From: an uncultured bacterium
Lineage (GTDB): Bacteria; Patescibacteriota; Patescibacteriia; UBA9570; XYC2-FULL-38-9
Direction of reading: 5' to 3'
DNA length: 64,000 nucleotides
Assembly: GCA_937996685.1 (NCBI GenBank)
Contig: CALKUP010000006.1
Span: 64,001 to 128,000 of the forward strand
A model generated the notes under the pieces. That model searched no databases. It was not told the origin of the DNA and saw only the letters and a program-made list of their open reading frames with translations. The first letter of the stretch is position 1, and each line of letters opens with the position of its first letter. The position numbers were made by a program, and so were the translations under genes. Of this stretch, positions 63,347-64,000 are shown piece after piece.

Positions 63347-64000
63347 ATGAAATATTCCATCGTCGTCCCAGTCTTTAATGAAGAAGGAAACGTCTCTGTG
63401 CTCCACGCGGAAATCGTCACCGCAATGAATCAATTACCAGAACACTTGTCTGGTGGCTATGAAATTATTTTTATTGATGACGGCAGTTCAGATAAAACCG
63501 TTGAAATTCTCCGCAATCTTTCCCCTGTTACTGTTATTGAACTGCGCAAAAACTTCGGACAAACTGCAGCAATGGACGCTGGCATCAAACACGCTGTCGG
63601 CGACGTTATCATCACACTCGACGGCGATGGACAAAACCCACCAAGCGATATTGTGAAACTCCTTGAAACAATGAAAGACGGTGGCTTTGACATCGTTTCA
63701 GGTTGGCGCAAAGATCGACACGACCCGTTCATGAAACGCTTCACCTCTCGTGGCGCAAATATTTTACGCGGGATTTTGGTCAAAGACGAAATTCATGATT
63801 CTGGCTGCAGCTTGAAAGCCTACCGCGCCAGCGTGCTCAAGCGCGTCAGTCTGTACGGTGAAATGCACCGATTCATTCCCGCCTGGATGGCCACGGTGAC
63901 CTCGCCTGCTCGCATGTCGGAAGTGGCTGTGAGCCACCATGCACGCACACGCGGAGAGTCCAAATACGGCATCTCTCGCACCCTGCGTGTGGTGCTGGAC
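63347..64000 (+). CDS. GT2 polyprenyl-phosphate glycosyltransferase (GtrB/ArnC/Dpm1-like). 3' partial: runs off the window end.
   Basis: Manual translation MKYSIVVPVFNEEGNVSVLHAEIV...EIIFIDDGSSDKT...DGDGQNPPSDI (DXD). No stop codon before position 64000. Confidence 0.7.
   Translation, partial: MKYSIVVPVFNEEGNVSVLHAEIVTAMNQLPEHLSGGYEIIFIDDGSSDKTVEILRNLSPVTVIELRKNFGQTAAMDAGIKHAVGDVIITLDGDGQNPPSDIVKLLETMKDGGFDIVSGWRKDRHDPFMKRFTSRGANILRGILVKDEIHDSGCSLKAYRASVLKRVSLYGEMHRFIPAWMATVTSPARMSEVAVSHHARTRGESKYGISRTLRVVLD

Noticed and set aside
1-64000. Search for CRISPR arrays, rRNA genes, integrases or transposases, and IS inverted repeats
   Set aside because: No regularly spaced direct repeats were seen. 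No DDE, tyrosine or serine recombinase motifs appear in any frame. No rRNA-like conserved blocks were found. The low-GC island near tRNA-Trp therefore cannot be called a mobile element from this window alone.

Overview
The window is a 64-kb, gene-dense stretch from a low-GC bacterium (roughly 40-48% GC in the core). Weak Shine-Dalgarno signals, near-leaderless promoters, many large surface proteins and an archaeal-type PyrH suggest a small-genome, CPR/Saccharibacteria-like organism; that assignment is speculative.

Housekeeping content:
- rplJ-rplL with their own sigma70-like promoter and a ~210-nt leader
- rpmG preceded by tRNA-Tyr(GTA) and tRNA-Thr(TGT)
- tRNA-Trp(CCA)
- rlmN, uppP, mltG, a mannose-1-phosphate guanylyltransferase, a CoaD-CoaE fusion and a PadR regulator

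Cell-envelope glycan genes:
- a UXS-like UDP-glucuronate decarboxylase, GtrA and four GT4 glycosyltransferases
- the rmlACBD dTDP-rhamnose operon, a UDP-glucuronate 4-epimerase and a partial GT2 at the window end
- a DUF2029/GT87 membrane glycosyltransferase

Giant secreted beta-propeller or beta-helix proteins:
- a PMP-repeat plus DUF5011 protein, partial at the window start
- two FG-GAP proteins and one BNR/Asp-box protein
- two of these end in a shared lysine-rich tail terminating in IKK

Four compositionally distinct islands:
- Positions 7934-14700 (~37% GC), next to tRNA-Trp: a defence island carrying a GIY-YIG (T5orf172-like) protein, HsdR, a single-polypeptide HsdM-HsdS fusion and a HEPN/Abi2-like protein.
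- Positions 27140-28520 (~58% GC): a GT4 gene with a strong Shine-Dalgarno.
- Positions 35450-38220 (~62-67% GC): a GuaB1-like IMPDH/GMP-reductase family gene and an RdgB ITPase, divergently transcribed with Actinobacteria-style promoter and RBS signals. This may be DNA acquired from a high-GC (possibly host) lineage.
- Positions 48744-51745 (~32% GC): a secreted 347-aa protein followed by five tandem small membrane proteins, a toxin/immunity-like arrangement. It lies just downstream of an ABC-exporter/kinase/DUF167/O-methyltransferase operon.

Several intrinsic terminators, promoters and operator-like palindromes are visible. No CRISPR array, rRNA, integrase or transposase was found.
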